A stretch of 55,666 bases of DNA from a virus (Duplodnaviria > Caudoviricetes): the IMG/VR virus record IMGVR_UViG_3300046791_000457, positions 1 through 55,666 of that record. One strand, 5' to 3'. A program made the position numbers and the translations under genes. Under the pieces are notes generated by a model, which saw nothing but the letters and a program-made list of their open reading frames with translations, had not been told where the DNA came from and did no database searches. This document shows positions 35,874 through 44,737 of the stretch, in pieces. Numbering within the stretch: position 1 is the stretch's first letter; each line of letters starts with the position of its first letter.

Positions 35874-37186
35874 TCCTGGAGAACGGCGACTCTCTGCGCG
35901 CCATCGTGACCGGCACGACCGTGCATGTGGTGGCCTGCTATGCAGACGAGGACGCCACTACCTTCGTGCCCGGAGCCCACGACGCAGCACTGGCAGTCGG
36001 GACGGCGGACGTCGTAGCAACACCCGCGGCCGGCTATCGGCTTGTGAAGTTCATCAACATCCGGAACCCGCACGCAACGACGCCAGCGGGCGTGACGGTG
36101 GACCGCTACGATGGCGCAGCCAAGGTGCTGTGGTCCGGTCGACTCGAACCTGGCGAGTCTGTGGTGTTCGACGGGCACCAGTGGCAGTGGATAAACGCCT
36201 CTGGGCAGCCGGTGGCCGGGTCTCGGCGGGTGGATGTACAGAGCTTCCTCACGGCCGGGTCGTTCAAGTGGGTGCGGCCCACCGACTTCGAGCCCACCAT
36301 GGTTCGGGTCATCACCTACGCGGGCGGTGGCGGTGGCGGCGGCGGCGCGTCGCAGACCGGCGGCGTAGTCCGGACCGGCGGTGCGGGTGCCGGCGGCGGC
36401 GCGCGCAACGAAGCGTTGATGCTCGCCAACATGGTGGGCCCTGTTGAGCCTGTGATCGTAGGTCGTGGTGGTACGGGCGGTGTGGGCGGCACGACGGGTG
36501 CCGACGGCAACCCCGGTGCCGTGGGTCAGGCGAGCAGCTTCGGGGTCGGATTTCATGGCGTCGGATCGCAGGGCGGCGGTGGTGGCGCGGGCGGCGATAA
36601 CGCGGCTTCCACGGGCGGCGGCGGCGGCGGCGGCGGGCTGATCGGCTCAGGTACGTCCGGCGCCCAGGGCGCCGCCGGTGCCGGAGGTGTGCCGGGAACA
36701 CCCGCGTCCCCCAACGCAGGCTGCGGCGCAGACAGCGCGGCCTCGGCCGCGGCGCGCCCCACAGCGGAGTACGGTGGTGGTGGCGGCGCTGGCAACACCA
36801 ACACCCCGACACACAGCACCGGTGGTGCCAGCCTGTACGGCGGCTGCGGCGGCGGGCATGGTGGCAGTGCTGATATCAACCCCAACGTGGTGGCCGCCAC
36901 GGACGGTGGCTCGCACACGCCTGGTGGTGGCGGCGGCGGCGGCGCAGGCACGTCGAGCGGCACGCCGGGGCTCGGCAACGACGGAACGAACGGCACCATG
37001 GCTGTCGGAGGACTGGGCGGCGGCGGTGGCGGCGGCACTGTCACGGCCGGCGTGTCGGGCCGCAAGGGCGGCGCAGGCGGTACACACGGCGGCGGTGGTG
37101 GCGGCGGCGGTGTTGGTGAAGGCGCTGGCGTCGGTGGCGACGGTGGCGATGGCGGTGTCGGCGCGGTTTACGTGATTTGCTGGTAG
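35867..37186 (+). CDS. Glycine-rich adhesin-like protein (paralog 1)
   Basis: About 120-aa N-domain, then AGGGGGGGG-rich region ending GAVYVICW. Confidence 0.8.
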   Translation: MLILENGDSLRAIVTGTTVHVVACYADEDATTFVPGAHDAALAVGTADVVATPAAGYRLVKFINIRNPHATTPAGVTVDRYDGAAKVLWSGRLEPGESVVFDGHQWQWINASGQPVAGSRRVDVQSFLTAGSFKWVRPTDFEPTMVRVITYAGGGGGGGGASQTGGVVRTGGAGAGGGARNEALMLANMVGPVEPVIVGRGGTGGVGGTTGADGNPGAVGQASSFGVGFHGVGSQGGGGGAGGDNAASTGGGGGGGGLIGSGTSGAQGAAGAGGVPGTPASPNAGCGADSAASAAARPTAEYGGGGGAGNTNTPTHSTGGASLYGGCGGGHGGSADINPNVVAATDGGSHTPGGGGGGGAGTSSGTPGLGNDGTNGTMAVGGLGGGGGGGTVTAGVSGRKGGAGGTHGGGGGGGGVGEGAGVGGDGGDGGVGAVYVICW

Positions 37187-37193
37187 GAGAAAT

Positions 37194-38522
37194 ATGCTGA
37201 TCCTCGACGGTGCGGCAGACATCATTCGGGTCGGAACCACCAGCGTCAACGACGTGGACGCGGTGGCGTCGTGGGCCGATCAAACCACAACGCTCTTCAC
37301 GCCCGGAAGCTCCGAGGCTTCTATCACCGCCAACCCCACGACCCTCGTGGCGGCGCCTGCGGGCGGCGCGCAGCGTGTGATCAAGTTCATGAGCTTTCGC
37401 AACGTGCACGCGAGCACGCCGAAGCCCATCACGATCGAATACTACGACGGCAGCAACGCCCGCGAGCTGTGGAAGGGCACGCTCGCAGCTGGCGAAGCGG
37501 TGATCTTCGCAGGCAACACCTGGGTCCGGCTGGGCTCGACTGGGGCTCAGGTCATCGGCACGCGGCAAGCGCCGATCGATATCAAGGTCTACCTCACGCC
37601 CGGCGCGGACACCTGGTACAAGCCGACCGACTTCACACCCAGTCAGACGTTGGTGGTGGCATATGGCGGCGGCGGCGGCGGTGGCGGCGGCGCCAGCCAG
37701 ACGGGCAACGTGGCCCGCTCTGGTGGTTCGGGTGGTGGCGGCGCGCCGCGCGCTGAGCGGCTGCACAAAACCTCGGACCTGGGGGCCTCGGAAGCGATAG
37801 TCGTAGCTGCCGGCGGCTCTGTTGGCGCTGCGGGCACCAGCGGCAACGACGGCGGCAGCGGTGGTGTCGGTGGCGACTCGACGTTCGGTGCCGCGTTCAC
37901 ACTGCTGACGTCCTACGGCGGTGGCGGCGGCATGGGCGGCGACAACGCCTCCAGCAACGGCGCTGGCGGCGCGGGCGGCGGTCTGGCTGCGGCGGGCGGC
38001 ACCGGGACCATCCTGGCTGCGACGGGCGGTGGTCCAGGCACCCCCAGCGCTCCCAACGGCGGCTGTGGAGCCAACAGTCTCGCGGCCGCATCAACGCCGG
38101 TGACCGCCGAGAACGGCGGCGGCGCAGGCGCTGGTCACGGCACGGGCGGCGTCAACGCCAACAACGCAGGCTCCTCTCTGCGGGGAGGCTGTGGCGGCGG
38201 CGTAGGTGGTGGTTCGACCGCCCTCGCGGCGGTTACGCAGCCGTGCGCAGGCGGGCAGATTTCCGGTGGACAGGGCGCGGCTGGTACGAGCGGCGTGACA
38301 CCCACCGCAGGCCAACCCGGTGCGTCCGGCACGATGCATCGCGGCGGCCCAGGCGGCGGTGGTGGTGGTTCGAGCACGACCGCCAACACGGCCGGCAAAG
38401 AAGGCGGCACGGGTGGGTCACACGGCGGTGGCGGCGGCGGCGGCGGCTCCGGTACCAACACGGCCAGCGGTGGCGCCGGCGGTCTCGGTGGTGACGGCGC
38501 GATCTACGTGATCAGCTGGTAG
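37194..38522 (+). CDS. Glycine-rich adhesin-like protein (paralog 2)
   Basis: Colinear with paralog 1; ends GAIYVISW; AGGAG RBS. Confidence 0.8.
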   Translation: MLILDGAADIIRVGTTSVNDVDAVASWADQTTTLFTPGSSEASITANPTTLVAAPAGGAQRVIKFMSFRNVHASTPKPITIEYYDGSNARELWKGTLAAGEAVIFAGNTWVRLGSTGAQVIGTRQAPIDIKVYLTPGADTWYKPTDFTPSQTLVVAYGGGGGGGGGASQTGNVARSGGSGGGGAPRAERLHKTSDLGASEAIVVAAGGSVGAAGTSGNDGGSGGVGGDSTFGAAFTLLTSYGGGGGMGGDNASSNGAGGAGGGLAAAGGTGTILAATGGGPGTPSAPNGGCGANSLAAASTPVTAENGGGAGAGHGTGGVNANNAGSSLRGGCGGGVGGGSTALAAVTQPCAGGQISGGQGAAGTSGVTPTAGQPGASGTMHRGGPGGGGGGSSTTANTAGKEGGTGGSHGGGGGGGGSGTNTASGGAGGLGGDGAIYVISW

Positions 38523-38544
38523 ACAAGATGGGAGCGATGCACCG

Positions 38545-38898
38545 ATGACCACCTTTCAACTTGAGGATCCCGGCGTCTACGTCGAAGGCTCCGACTGGCT
38601 CCCGCTCGAGTGGCAGTTCACGCTCGGAAAAACGCCGTACAAATGGGCGAGCGTCGGCGGCGCTGCAGCGGTCTGCAAGATCGTGAACGCCGAAACCGGC
38701 GCTTTGATCCTCGACGATGCCGGGACGGTGACCGTGTTCGATGACGGGCGGCTGAGCCTGGACGTCGATGACACCGTGCTCGCGCCCGCGCTTATCGCAG
38801 GCAGCTACTGGCGTCGCTACAAGGTCACGCTCAGCGGCGGCGAAGTTTGGAACTCGCCGCGCATCTACTTCACGGTGCAGCCCGACATCCCCGACTGA
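38545..38898 (+). CDS. Hypothetical beta-rich protein, last late gene
   Basis: 117-aa ORF preceding a terminator. Confidence 0.6.
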   Translation: MTTFQLEDPGVYVEGSDWLPLEWQFTLGKTPYKWASVGGAAAVCKIVNAETGALILDDAGTVTVFDDGRLSLDVDDTVLAPALIAGSYWRRYKVTLSGGEVWNSPRIYFTVQPDIPD

Positions 38899-38965
38899 GA
38901 CTTCCCGGCCGCGTCTTTTGCCAGCGCGTCCGGATTCCTGCCCCTTCGTTCCTGTCTCCCCTCCA

Positions 38966-39008
38966 GCCGGTGGGGTCGCCTTTCGGGGCGGCCTCACCGG
39001 CCTTTTTT
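38966..39008 (+). terminator. Intrinsic terminator ending the late operon
   Basis: GCCGGTGGGGTCGCC-TTTCG-GGGCGGCCTCACCGGC hairpin followed by CTTTTTT, at the convergence point. Confidence 0.85.
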
Positions 39009-39015
39009 CGTTCCG

Positions 39016-39789
39016 TCAGGCCGGCTCGAAGGCCTTGAAGGCCTCGCTGGCCTCGCGCGGGTTGTTGATCTTCTTGATGACCCGGAACGGCCCGACGACG
39101 TAGAAGCCTTCGAACTCCAGGCGCTCGAGGCCGCTGGCCACCGGCTCGAGCTCGAAGAAGCGATACTTCCCCTCGCCGCCCGACAGCACCGCGATGCGGC
39201 TCCACTCGTCGACCTCGGCCACGACGGCCCGCCCGCTCTTCTCGAGCACCTTGGAGTCCGGGACCCTCACGCGGAAGCTCGTGCCGTACTCGTTGCCCGC
39301 GCGGTAGGTGAGCTTCCGCCCCTTGGGCTTGGGCCCGCGGCGCGACAGCTCGAAGGCGTCGACGGCCTCGGGCGACAGGTAGTGCCGGTTCGCCTTGATC
39401 CACGAGGGCAGCCGCTGGGCCTTGATGGCCTGCTGGACCGCGCTGACGTGCACGCCCAGGCGCTCGGCCGCTTCGACCATGGTGAGGGTGTGCCGGTCGG
39501 CTACGGCCTGCACGTCGAGCTTCCGCTGCGCCAGGCTCTTGCGCAGGAGCAGGTCCTGCAGCACCTGGTAGAGCGGCTGCGCGAGGGTCTCCTTCGTGAC
39601 CACGCCGCGCCCGGGCAGGAAGCCCGGAGAGAGGAGCGGGTTGGCATCCGAGTAGAGCAGGGCGATCAGGTCGTCCTCGGTGACTCGCTTGTCCTCGGCT
39701 GCTTTGGTTGCGCGCTTGAAGAACTCGGCCAGCGCGCCGGTGGGTCGCTCGAACTCGATTCGATGCCCGCTGAGTGTCAGGTGTTCCAT
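39016..39789 (-). CDS. Multidomain protein with central excisionase-like (HTH_17) domain
   Basis: LTMVEAAERLGVHVSAVQQAIKAQRLPS...HYLSPEAVDAF; GGAG RBS. Confidence 0.75.
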   Translation of the reverse strand: MEHLTLSGHRIEFERPTGALAEFFKRATKAAEDKRVTEDDLIALLYSDANPLLSPGFLPGRGVVTKETLAQPLYQVLQDLLLRKSLAQRKLDVQAVADRHTLTMVEAAERLGVHVSAVQQAIKAQRLPSWIKANRHYLSPEAVDAFELSRRGPKPKGRKLTYRAGNEYGTSFRVRVPDSKVLEKSGRAVVAEVDEWSRIAVLSGGEGKYRFFELEPVASGLERLEFEGFYVVGPFRVIKKINNPREASEAFKAFEPA

Positions 39790-39817
39790 GGTGTTGCTCC
39801 GGTGCGTTGGGGTCAGG

Positions 39818-39851
39818 GAAAGGAAGGAAGCGGCCCCCCGAAGGGGGCCGC
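39818..39851 (-). terminator. Hairpin/terminator with UUCG loop
   Basis: Minus strand reads GCGGCCCCC-TTCG-GGGGGCCGC then TTCCTTCCTTT, just after the stop at 39858. Confidence 0.7.
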
Positions 39852-39857
39852 CTCACC

Positions 39858-40166
39858 TCAGAGGATCTCCGCTACGTTGAGGTAGCGGATGAAGATGGCT
39901 TCCTGGCGGAAGGCCACCTTCGCGTAGGCGGCAACCTCGGCAACGAGGGCGCCCTGGGTGATCGAGCGGACGGCGATGCCGTACACCCGGGTGTTGTCGC
40001 GGTAGACGCGACCCGCATCGGCCCAAGAGCCGACCGCGGTGTTGGGGTAGAGGGTGATGCCACCGAAGCGGTCGATGACGAACGCTTCGAAGGCCGCGTG
40101 ATCCTCCGCCGAAAAGGCGGACCCGTCGTTGTCAGCGACCGGGATAAGGACCATCAGTTCGAACAT
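39858..40166 (-). CDS. Small protein, possibly DUF3574/PII-like fold
   Basis: MFELMVLIPVADNDG...RFGGIT...GSW...FRQEAI; GAAGGA RBS. Confidence 0.65.
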   Translation of the reverse strand: MFELMVLIPVADNDGSAFSAEDHAAFEAFVIDRFGGITLYPNTAVGSWADAGRVYRDNTRVYGIAVRSITQGALVAEVAAYAKVAFRQEAIFIRYLNVAEIL

Positions 40167-40233
40167 GGCTGGTTTCCTTCCGTAGAGGCTCCCCGGGTCC
40201 GCCGGGTCGGTGTCAGCAGCCGCCAACAAGAAG

Positions 40234-40262
40234 AACCTACCCCAGCCTGCGGCCCCGGTCAA
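40234..40262 (-). promoter_or_regulatory. sigma70-type promoter P1
   Basis: TTGACC-N17-TAGGTT with an AT-rich upstream tract; duplicated at 41634-41662. Confidence 0.75.
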
Positions 40263-41118
40263 CAGTTATTTCTGTTCCTATGTCGTTTTTCTTCGAGGTG
40301 GGCCGGGCCTCCGGGCGCAGCCGCTTTCCGCCGGCCATCGCGTTGAACTTGGCCAGCAAGTCGGGCCGCAGGAACTCCAGGTGCAGGTTGCCGTTCCCGC
40401 ACGCGCGGAAGCCGAACAGGTCGGTCGCACCGCGCCCGTCCGCCGGTGCCCCCTTTATGGCCGTGGACAGCAGGGAGTAGTAGCCCTTGGAGATCTGGCC
40501 GCGCCCGTCGATGGCCGAGAACACGTTCTCCAGCGCAGTGAGCTTCGCCTCGGCGTGATAGTGGGGCTGGAACCCGCCGCCGCTCCACTTGCGCTCGACG
40601 GTGTAGCCGACGATCGCCCGGCGCCCGACCTCGAGCTGGGTGTTGGTCTTCAGCTTGCTGTGCGGCGGCCGGAGCCACTCGAATACCTCGTTGACCGCCT
40701 CGGCCAGCATCTCGGGAAGCTGGCTGAGCATGCCCGTCGCCATTGCCTGGACGTTGTCGACCGTGAGCTCGGGCAGCTCGTCGCGCTCGAGCTTCTTCTC
40801 CATCTCGGCCCAGGCCCGGACGCTCATCATGCGACGCAGCTCGAGCCGGTCGACGATGGCGCGCCAGGCCTGGCGCTCGACGGCTTTGAGCGAGGCCTCG
40901 GCCTCGTTCCAGCGGCCGTAGTGGTGGCTGCCCCCGTCGGTGGTGACGCGGATCCCCTTGTAGCTCTCGTTGCCCATGGTGAAGGCGTCGTTCAGCCGCT
41001 GCTCGGCGGCCTCGACCGAGGCGAAGGCCGCCCGGATGTCGGCCGCGGCGGCCTGGTAGACGCCCACCAGCGCGGCAATCGTCGCGCGGTGGGCGAGTCC
41101 CTGGTGCTCGTCCATCAC
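40237..41118 (-). CDS. DUF4942-like protein
   Basis: PELTVDNVQA...EAVNEVFEWL...GNGNLHLEFLRPDLLAKFN. Confidence 0.75.
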   Translation of the reverse strand: MMDEHQGLAHRATIAALVGVYQAAAADIRAAFASVEAAEQRLNDAFTMGNESYKGIRVTTDGGSHHYGRWNEAEASLKAVERQAWRAIVDRLELRRMMSVRAWAEMEKKLERDELPELTVDNVQAMATGMLSQLPEMLAEAVNEVFEWLRPPHSKLKTNTQLEVGRRAIVGYTVERKWSGGGFQPHYHAEAKLTALENVFSAIDGRGQISKGYYSLLSTAIKGAPADGRGATDLFGFRACGNGNLHLEFLRPDLLAKFNAMAGGKRLRPEARPTSKKNDIGTEITVDRGRRLG

Positions 41119-41582
41119 GCCACCTGAGCCACGGCGCGGGCCGCCTTGAAGGCCTCGCGGGCGGCCTTCTCCATCTGCCAGTCGAAGTCGACGCCGCCAT
41201 AGAAGTTGACGTGAAAGTAGTCGGTCATGGAGTCCGAGCCGTCGAAGTTGTAGGCGTCGATCAGCGCCTTGAGCTGGTCGCGGAGCGCCTTGGCTTCGGC
41301 GGTGTGCATATCGAGGCGTTCGGGGAAGACGTGCGGGGTGTCGAGGTCGTGCGCCAGGCGCGCGGGGTTCATGACCTGCATGCCCGGGACGGCCTGGATG
41401 ACGGCGCGCAGCGAGCAGCCGCCGGCGTAGCGCGAGACCCGCACCGAGACCTTGAGGCCCTTGGGCAGCTCGCCGGACTTCACGCCGGCCTTGATCTCGG
41501 CGCGCACGAGCTTCGCGATCTCCGCGACGTCGAGGTCCCGGTTGTACTTGTTGCCGTAGGAGATGCTGTAGTCGGTGGTCAT
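41115..41582 (-). CDS. LPD29-like protein (polyvalent-protein-associated domain)
   Basis: AKLVRAEIK...KVSVR...YAGGCS...YNFDGSDSMTDYFHVNFY. Confidence 0.7.
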   Translation of the reverse strand: MTTDYSISYGNKYNRDLDVAEIAKLVRAEIKAGVKSGELPKGLKVSVRVSRYAGGCSLRAVIQAVPGMQVMNPARLAHDLDTPHVFPERLDMHTAEAKALRDQLKALIDAYNFDGSDSMTDYFHVNFYGGVDFDWQMEKAAREAFKAARAVAQVA

Positions 41583-41633
41583 TGGGTTCTTCCTTCTTGG
41601 AGGCTTCGGGGTTCGTCCCCGTCCGATAAGAAG

Positions 41634-41662
41634 AACCTAGCGCACCCGATCCCGGGTGTCAA
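41634..41662 (-). promoter_or_regulatory. sigma70-type promoter P2
   Basis: TTGACA-N17-TAGGTT with an AT-rich upstream tract. Confidence 0.8.
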
Positions 41663-41701
41663 CAGATAAAACTGTTTTGGTTTGTCCCCCGTGTCGATTT
41701 C

Positions 41702-42232
41702 TCACCGCAGCTCGCCATGCACGCGCAGAAACTCGGTCAGCAGGTCGACCTGCTTCCGATAGATGCTGGCTTCCAACTGGCCCCACGAGTCGGTCGATAC
41801 GGGGAGGCGGCGCGCATGCAGGTCATCGTGGCACCGGCGGCACACCGGTACGATCCTGGTGTCGTCGGTGGTCTGGCCCATCCCCTTCGGGCCGTAGTGG
41901 TGTGGATCGTCCGCGGGCAGCGCGCAGAACATGCAACGCTGCGCTTTCACCCAGCGCCGGTACTCGTCGAACCTCAGCGGTTCGCGCTCGTTGCGCGCTC
42001 GAGCTGCCTTGGGGCGCCGGGCTTTCGGCGCAGCTCGCGGTGGGGGCTGGGCTTCCGCTCGCGCCCGGCGCACGTCGCGGCCGGACACCCCGTCGCTCGT
42101 CCGACCGTTCACTGTGACCACGTAGCGCGCGGTCCTGCCGTGCATCGCTCCGCTGACCACCTCGCCGGGCACCCAGCGCCCCAAGCTGCCCCCGAGCTTC
42201 ACCTCTACCTCGGTGCCGGCGGGGAAGATCAT
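41702..42232 (-). CDS. DUF968-like (HNH-type Zn) protein with N-terminal SH3-like segment
   Basis: YRRWVKAQRCMFC...DDPHH...GMG...VPVCRRCHDDLH. Confidence 0.75.
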   Translation of the reverse strand: MIFPAGTEVEVKLGGSLGRWVPGEVVSGAMHGRTARYVVTVNGRTSDGVSGRDVRRARAEAQPPPRAAPKARRPKAARARNEREPLRFDEYRRWVKAQRCMFCALPADDPHHYGPKGMGQTTDDTRIVPVCRRCHDDLHARRLPVSTDSWGQLEASIYRKQVDLLTEFLRVHGELR

Positions 42233-43956
42233 CCGCAGAGCCTGGCCGCCGCCCGCATGCCCGCGTTGCCGCCCTCGACGAGCATGAGGGTCCGCAGCTT
42301 GGCCGCGGCGTTCCGGACACCGCCCGAACTCGCCGCGTAGTTGTTCGCCTCGGCCGCCTGGGCGAGCGGCACCTCCTCCGGATAGGCATCGACAACGACC
42401 CGCAGGATCTCCCGCTCTGCCTTGCCCAGCTGGCGGTACCAGTGCTCGGCGAGCTCGGCGCCCTCCGGTAGGGGCTCCCAGTGGCCGAGTGCCTCCAGGC
42501 CCGCGTCGGACGCCATCATCTGGTCGTTGCCGCCCGTGACGTAGCCCATGGTGCGCAGCTGCGCCGCCGCGTTGCGCATGCCCCCGCTCTTGCTGCTGTA
42601 GCCGCCGATCATCGCCGCCTGGGTGAGAGACAGCGGGCCGTGCTGGGCGAGGGCTATCAGGATCGTGCGCTCGGCCTTCCCCATCTTCTCACCGTCCGAT
42701 CCGGAGGGCATGTGGAGCGGCCGGGACCGCGGCGCAGGCGACGGCCGCGGCGCAGGCGCGGGACGCGCGCTCTGCGCCGGCGCTCGAGCCGTTGCGATGT
42801 GCCGGACCAGCTCTGCTGCGCCGCGCACGGCTTCGGCCGCCGCCTCCGCGGCGGTCTCGACCGTCTGGGCTGCCTTCTGCAGGGCCCCGAGCTCGCCGGA
42901 CAGGAAGACCGGAACCTCGGTCCAGTGCTCGGTCGCGATAGGCTCCGGCGCCGGCGCGGCCTTCAACGCGGCGATGTCGCGCTCGAGCTGCGCGACTGCG
43001 CGCTCGAGGCGCAGGATCTCGCGCCGCAGGGCCACGGGGTCGTCGGCCGCGGCCTTGGCCTCGACGTCCGCCAGGGCGCCGCGGAGCTCCTCCATGTCGA
43101 CCGGGGCCAGCGTGCGGGCCTGGTGGCGCTTGCCGATCTCTGGTGTGGCGCTCGCGTCGAAGGTCTGCTTCTTGGCGATCTGCACCTTCTCGAAGGTCCC
43201 CAGCCACTGGGGTGACCAGAGGTACATGGTGCCCACCGGCAGGCTCGCGAGCGCGCGCGTGTCGAGCTGCTCGCCCTCGGCGTTCTCGACCACCCAGGCG
43301 TCGATGGCCTTCCGCTCGTGCGAGCCCGATAGCTGCCCGATGAACAGGCACTCGACCTGGTTGAGCACCTCCTTGTTGACCGACTGCGGCCGCTGGGTGA
43401 TCAGCGTGGTGCCCAGGCCGTAGTTGCGGCCGAGCCGGACCAGATCCTCGATGGCCCCGAGCATGCGCTCCTCGCCCTGGGCTTGCTGGGGCGCGAAGAG
43501 CTGCGCCTCCTCGAGCACGACGTGCACCGGGCTGCGGACGCCCTTTGCCAGCTCGAAGAGCCGCTCGGCGAAGTCGGCCACGAAGCGCTTGCGCTCGCTC
43601 TTCCGGAAGCTTGAGACGTCCAGGACCGCCGACAGCATGCGCCCCATGACGAGTTCGGCGACGGCGCGGCCGCTGTCCTGGCTCAGCGGCATGTCACCGT
43701 GCAGGCCGCCCAGCACCGGGATCGGGAGGCCGGGCCGCTTGCCATCGGCCGCCAAGCGCAGGCCGTACCAGTTGCCCACCGGGTCGAGGACGACGACCGG
43801 CGCGCCGGCGCCGAGCAGCTCCTCGACGAGCTTTCCGGCTGCGTAGGTCTTGCCCGCGCCCTTGCGAGCGATGAACGCCAGCGTCTGGGTGACCGCGTCG
43901 AGGGGTAGGGCGCGGGTCTTCGTGATCTTCAGGTCAGCCATCGTTGTCTCCGTCAT
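42229..43956 (-). CDS. HerA/DUF87-like P-loop ATPase with tandem C-terminal winged-helix repeats
   Basis: ARKGAGKT (Walker A), VVLDPVG, VVLEEAQ (Walker B), GRNYG and ITQRP motifs. Confidence 0.85.
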   Translation of the reverse strand: MTETTMADLKITKTRALPLDAVTQTLAFIARKGAGKTYAAGKLVEELLGAGAPVVVLDPVGNWYGLRLAADGKRPGLPIPVLGGLHGDMPLSQDSGRAVAELVMGRMLSAVLDVSSFRKSERKRFVADFAERLFELAKGVRSPVHVVLEEAQLFAPQQAQGEERMLGAIEDLVRLGRNYGLGTTLITQRPQSVNKEVLNQVECLFIGQLSGSHERKAIDAWVVENAEGEQLDTRALASLPVGTMYLWSPQWLGTFEKVQIAKKQTFDASATPEIGKRHQARTLAPVDMEELRGALADVEAKAAADDPVALRREILRLERAVAQLERDIAALKAAPAPEPIATEHWTEVPVFLSGELGALQKAAQTVETAAEAAAEAVRGAAELVRHIATARAPAQSARPAPAPRPSPAPRSRPLHMPSGSDGEKMGKAERTILIALAQHGPLSLTQAAMIGGYSSKSGGMRNAAAQLRTMGYVTGGNDQMMASDAGLEALGHWEPLPEGAELAEHWYRQLGKAEREILRVVVDAYPEEVPLAQAAEANNYAASSGGVRNAAAKLRTLMLVEGGNAGMRAAARLCG

Positions 43957-44454
43957 TCAGGTTTCCATCGAGCGGCGCCGCGAATACCGGCGCTTCCCGG
44001 TGGCATTGGCGATGCGGTCGGACAGCACGCCGATCTCGTCGGCCCAGTCGGCTATCAGCTGCTGCTTGGCCTCGTCGGCCTTGCGCGCCTCAGCGACCGC
44101 GGTCTCCGCATCCTTGCGGGCCGCGCGCTTGGTCCGGTCCTTCGTCCGGCGCTCCTCGGCGCAGGCTTCATCGAGCTGCCTCCGCAACGCGGTCAGCTCC
44201 TTGCGCGCGTTCTGCACAGATTCGAAATCGCGCGCAATGCGTGCCAGCGCGTCATACGGGTCGAGCTCGGCGCCGCACTTCTGGCACTGGAGCTTCTTGT
44301 TCTGCCGATCGACGGTCCAGCCGTGCTGGTAGTGAAACAGGCAGTCAGGCGTGCGCGGCGCAGTTGCCGGCTCCGGATCGCCGATGGGCTTCCCGGTGAA
44401 CAGGCTGAACACCATGGGGCCGTCTTCGTCGTCGGGTGGATTGGGGTCAGCCAC
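43957..44454 (-). CDS. Hypothetical Zn-ribbon/coiled-coil protein
   Basis: CQKCGAELDPYDAL followed by a coiled coil; GTG start overlapping the upstream gene. Confidence 0.6.
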   Translation of the reverse strand: MADPNPPDDEDGPMVFSLFTGKPIGDPEPATAPRTPDCLFHYQHGWTVDRQNKKLQCQKCGAELDPYDALARIARDFESVQNARKELTALRRQLDEACAEERRTKDRTKRAARKDAETAVAEARKADEAKQQLIADWADEIGVLSDRIANATGKRRYSRRRSMET

Positions 44455-44737
44455 GGCGCGACTCCTCGACGAGCTGGTCGCGCAGGGCCTCGAGGTCGGC
44501 GAGCGGATCCTCTCCTGGGGCGTTGGACCCGGGCACGTACAGGGCGCGCGAGGCCTCGAACACGGCGTCGAGGGTCGGAGGCCAGGGCGGCCGGGCCGGC
44601 GGCGGCGCAGCTGCTCGAGCGGCTTCGCGGGCAGCATGGCGCGCCCGGATGTTCCGGTCGAGCTCGGCGGCCAGCTCGGCTCGGCGCCGGACCTTGCGTG
44701 CCCCGAGCTTGCGAGCGTTGCGGCTGGCCTTACCCAT
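44447..44737 (-). CDS. Hypothetical basic protein
   Basis: 8-nt overlaps with both neighbours. Confidence 0.45.
   Translation of the reverse strand: MGKASRNARKLGARKVRRRAELAAELDRNIRARHAAREAARAAAPPPARPPWPPTLDAVFEASRALYVPGSNAPGEDPLADLEALRDQLVEESRRG

Noticed and set aside
24589-38522. Diversity-generating retroelement or invertible fibre cassette
   Set aside because: No reverse transcriptase or invertase is present, and I saw no near-identical TR/VR pair or flanking inverted repeats. The glycine-rich paralogues are diverged throughout.
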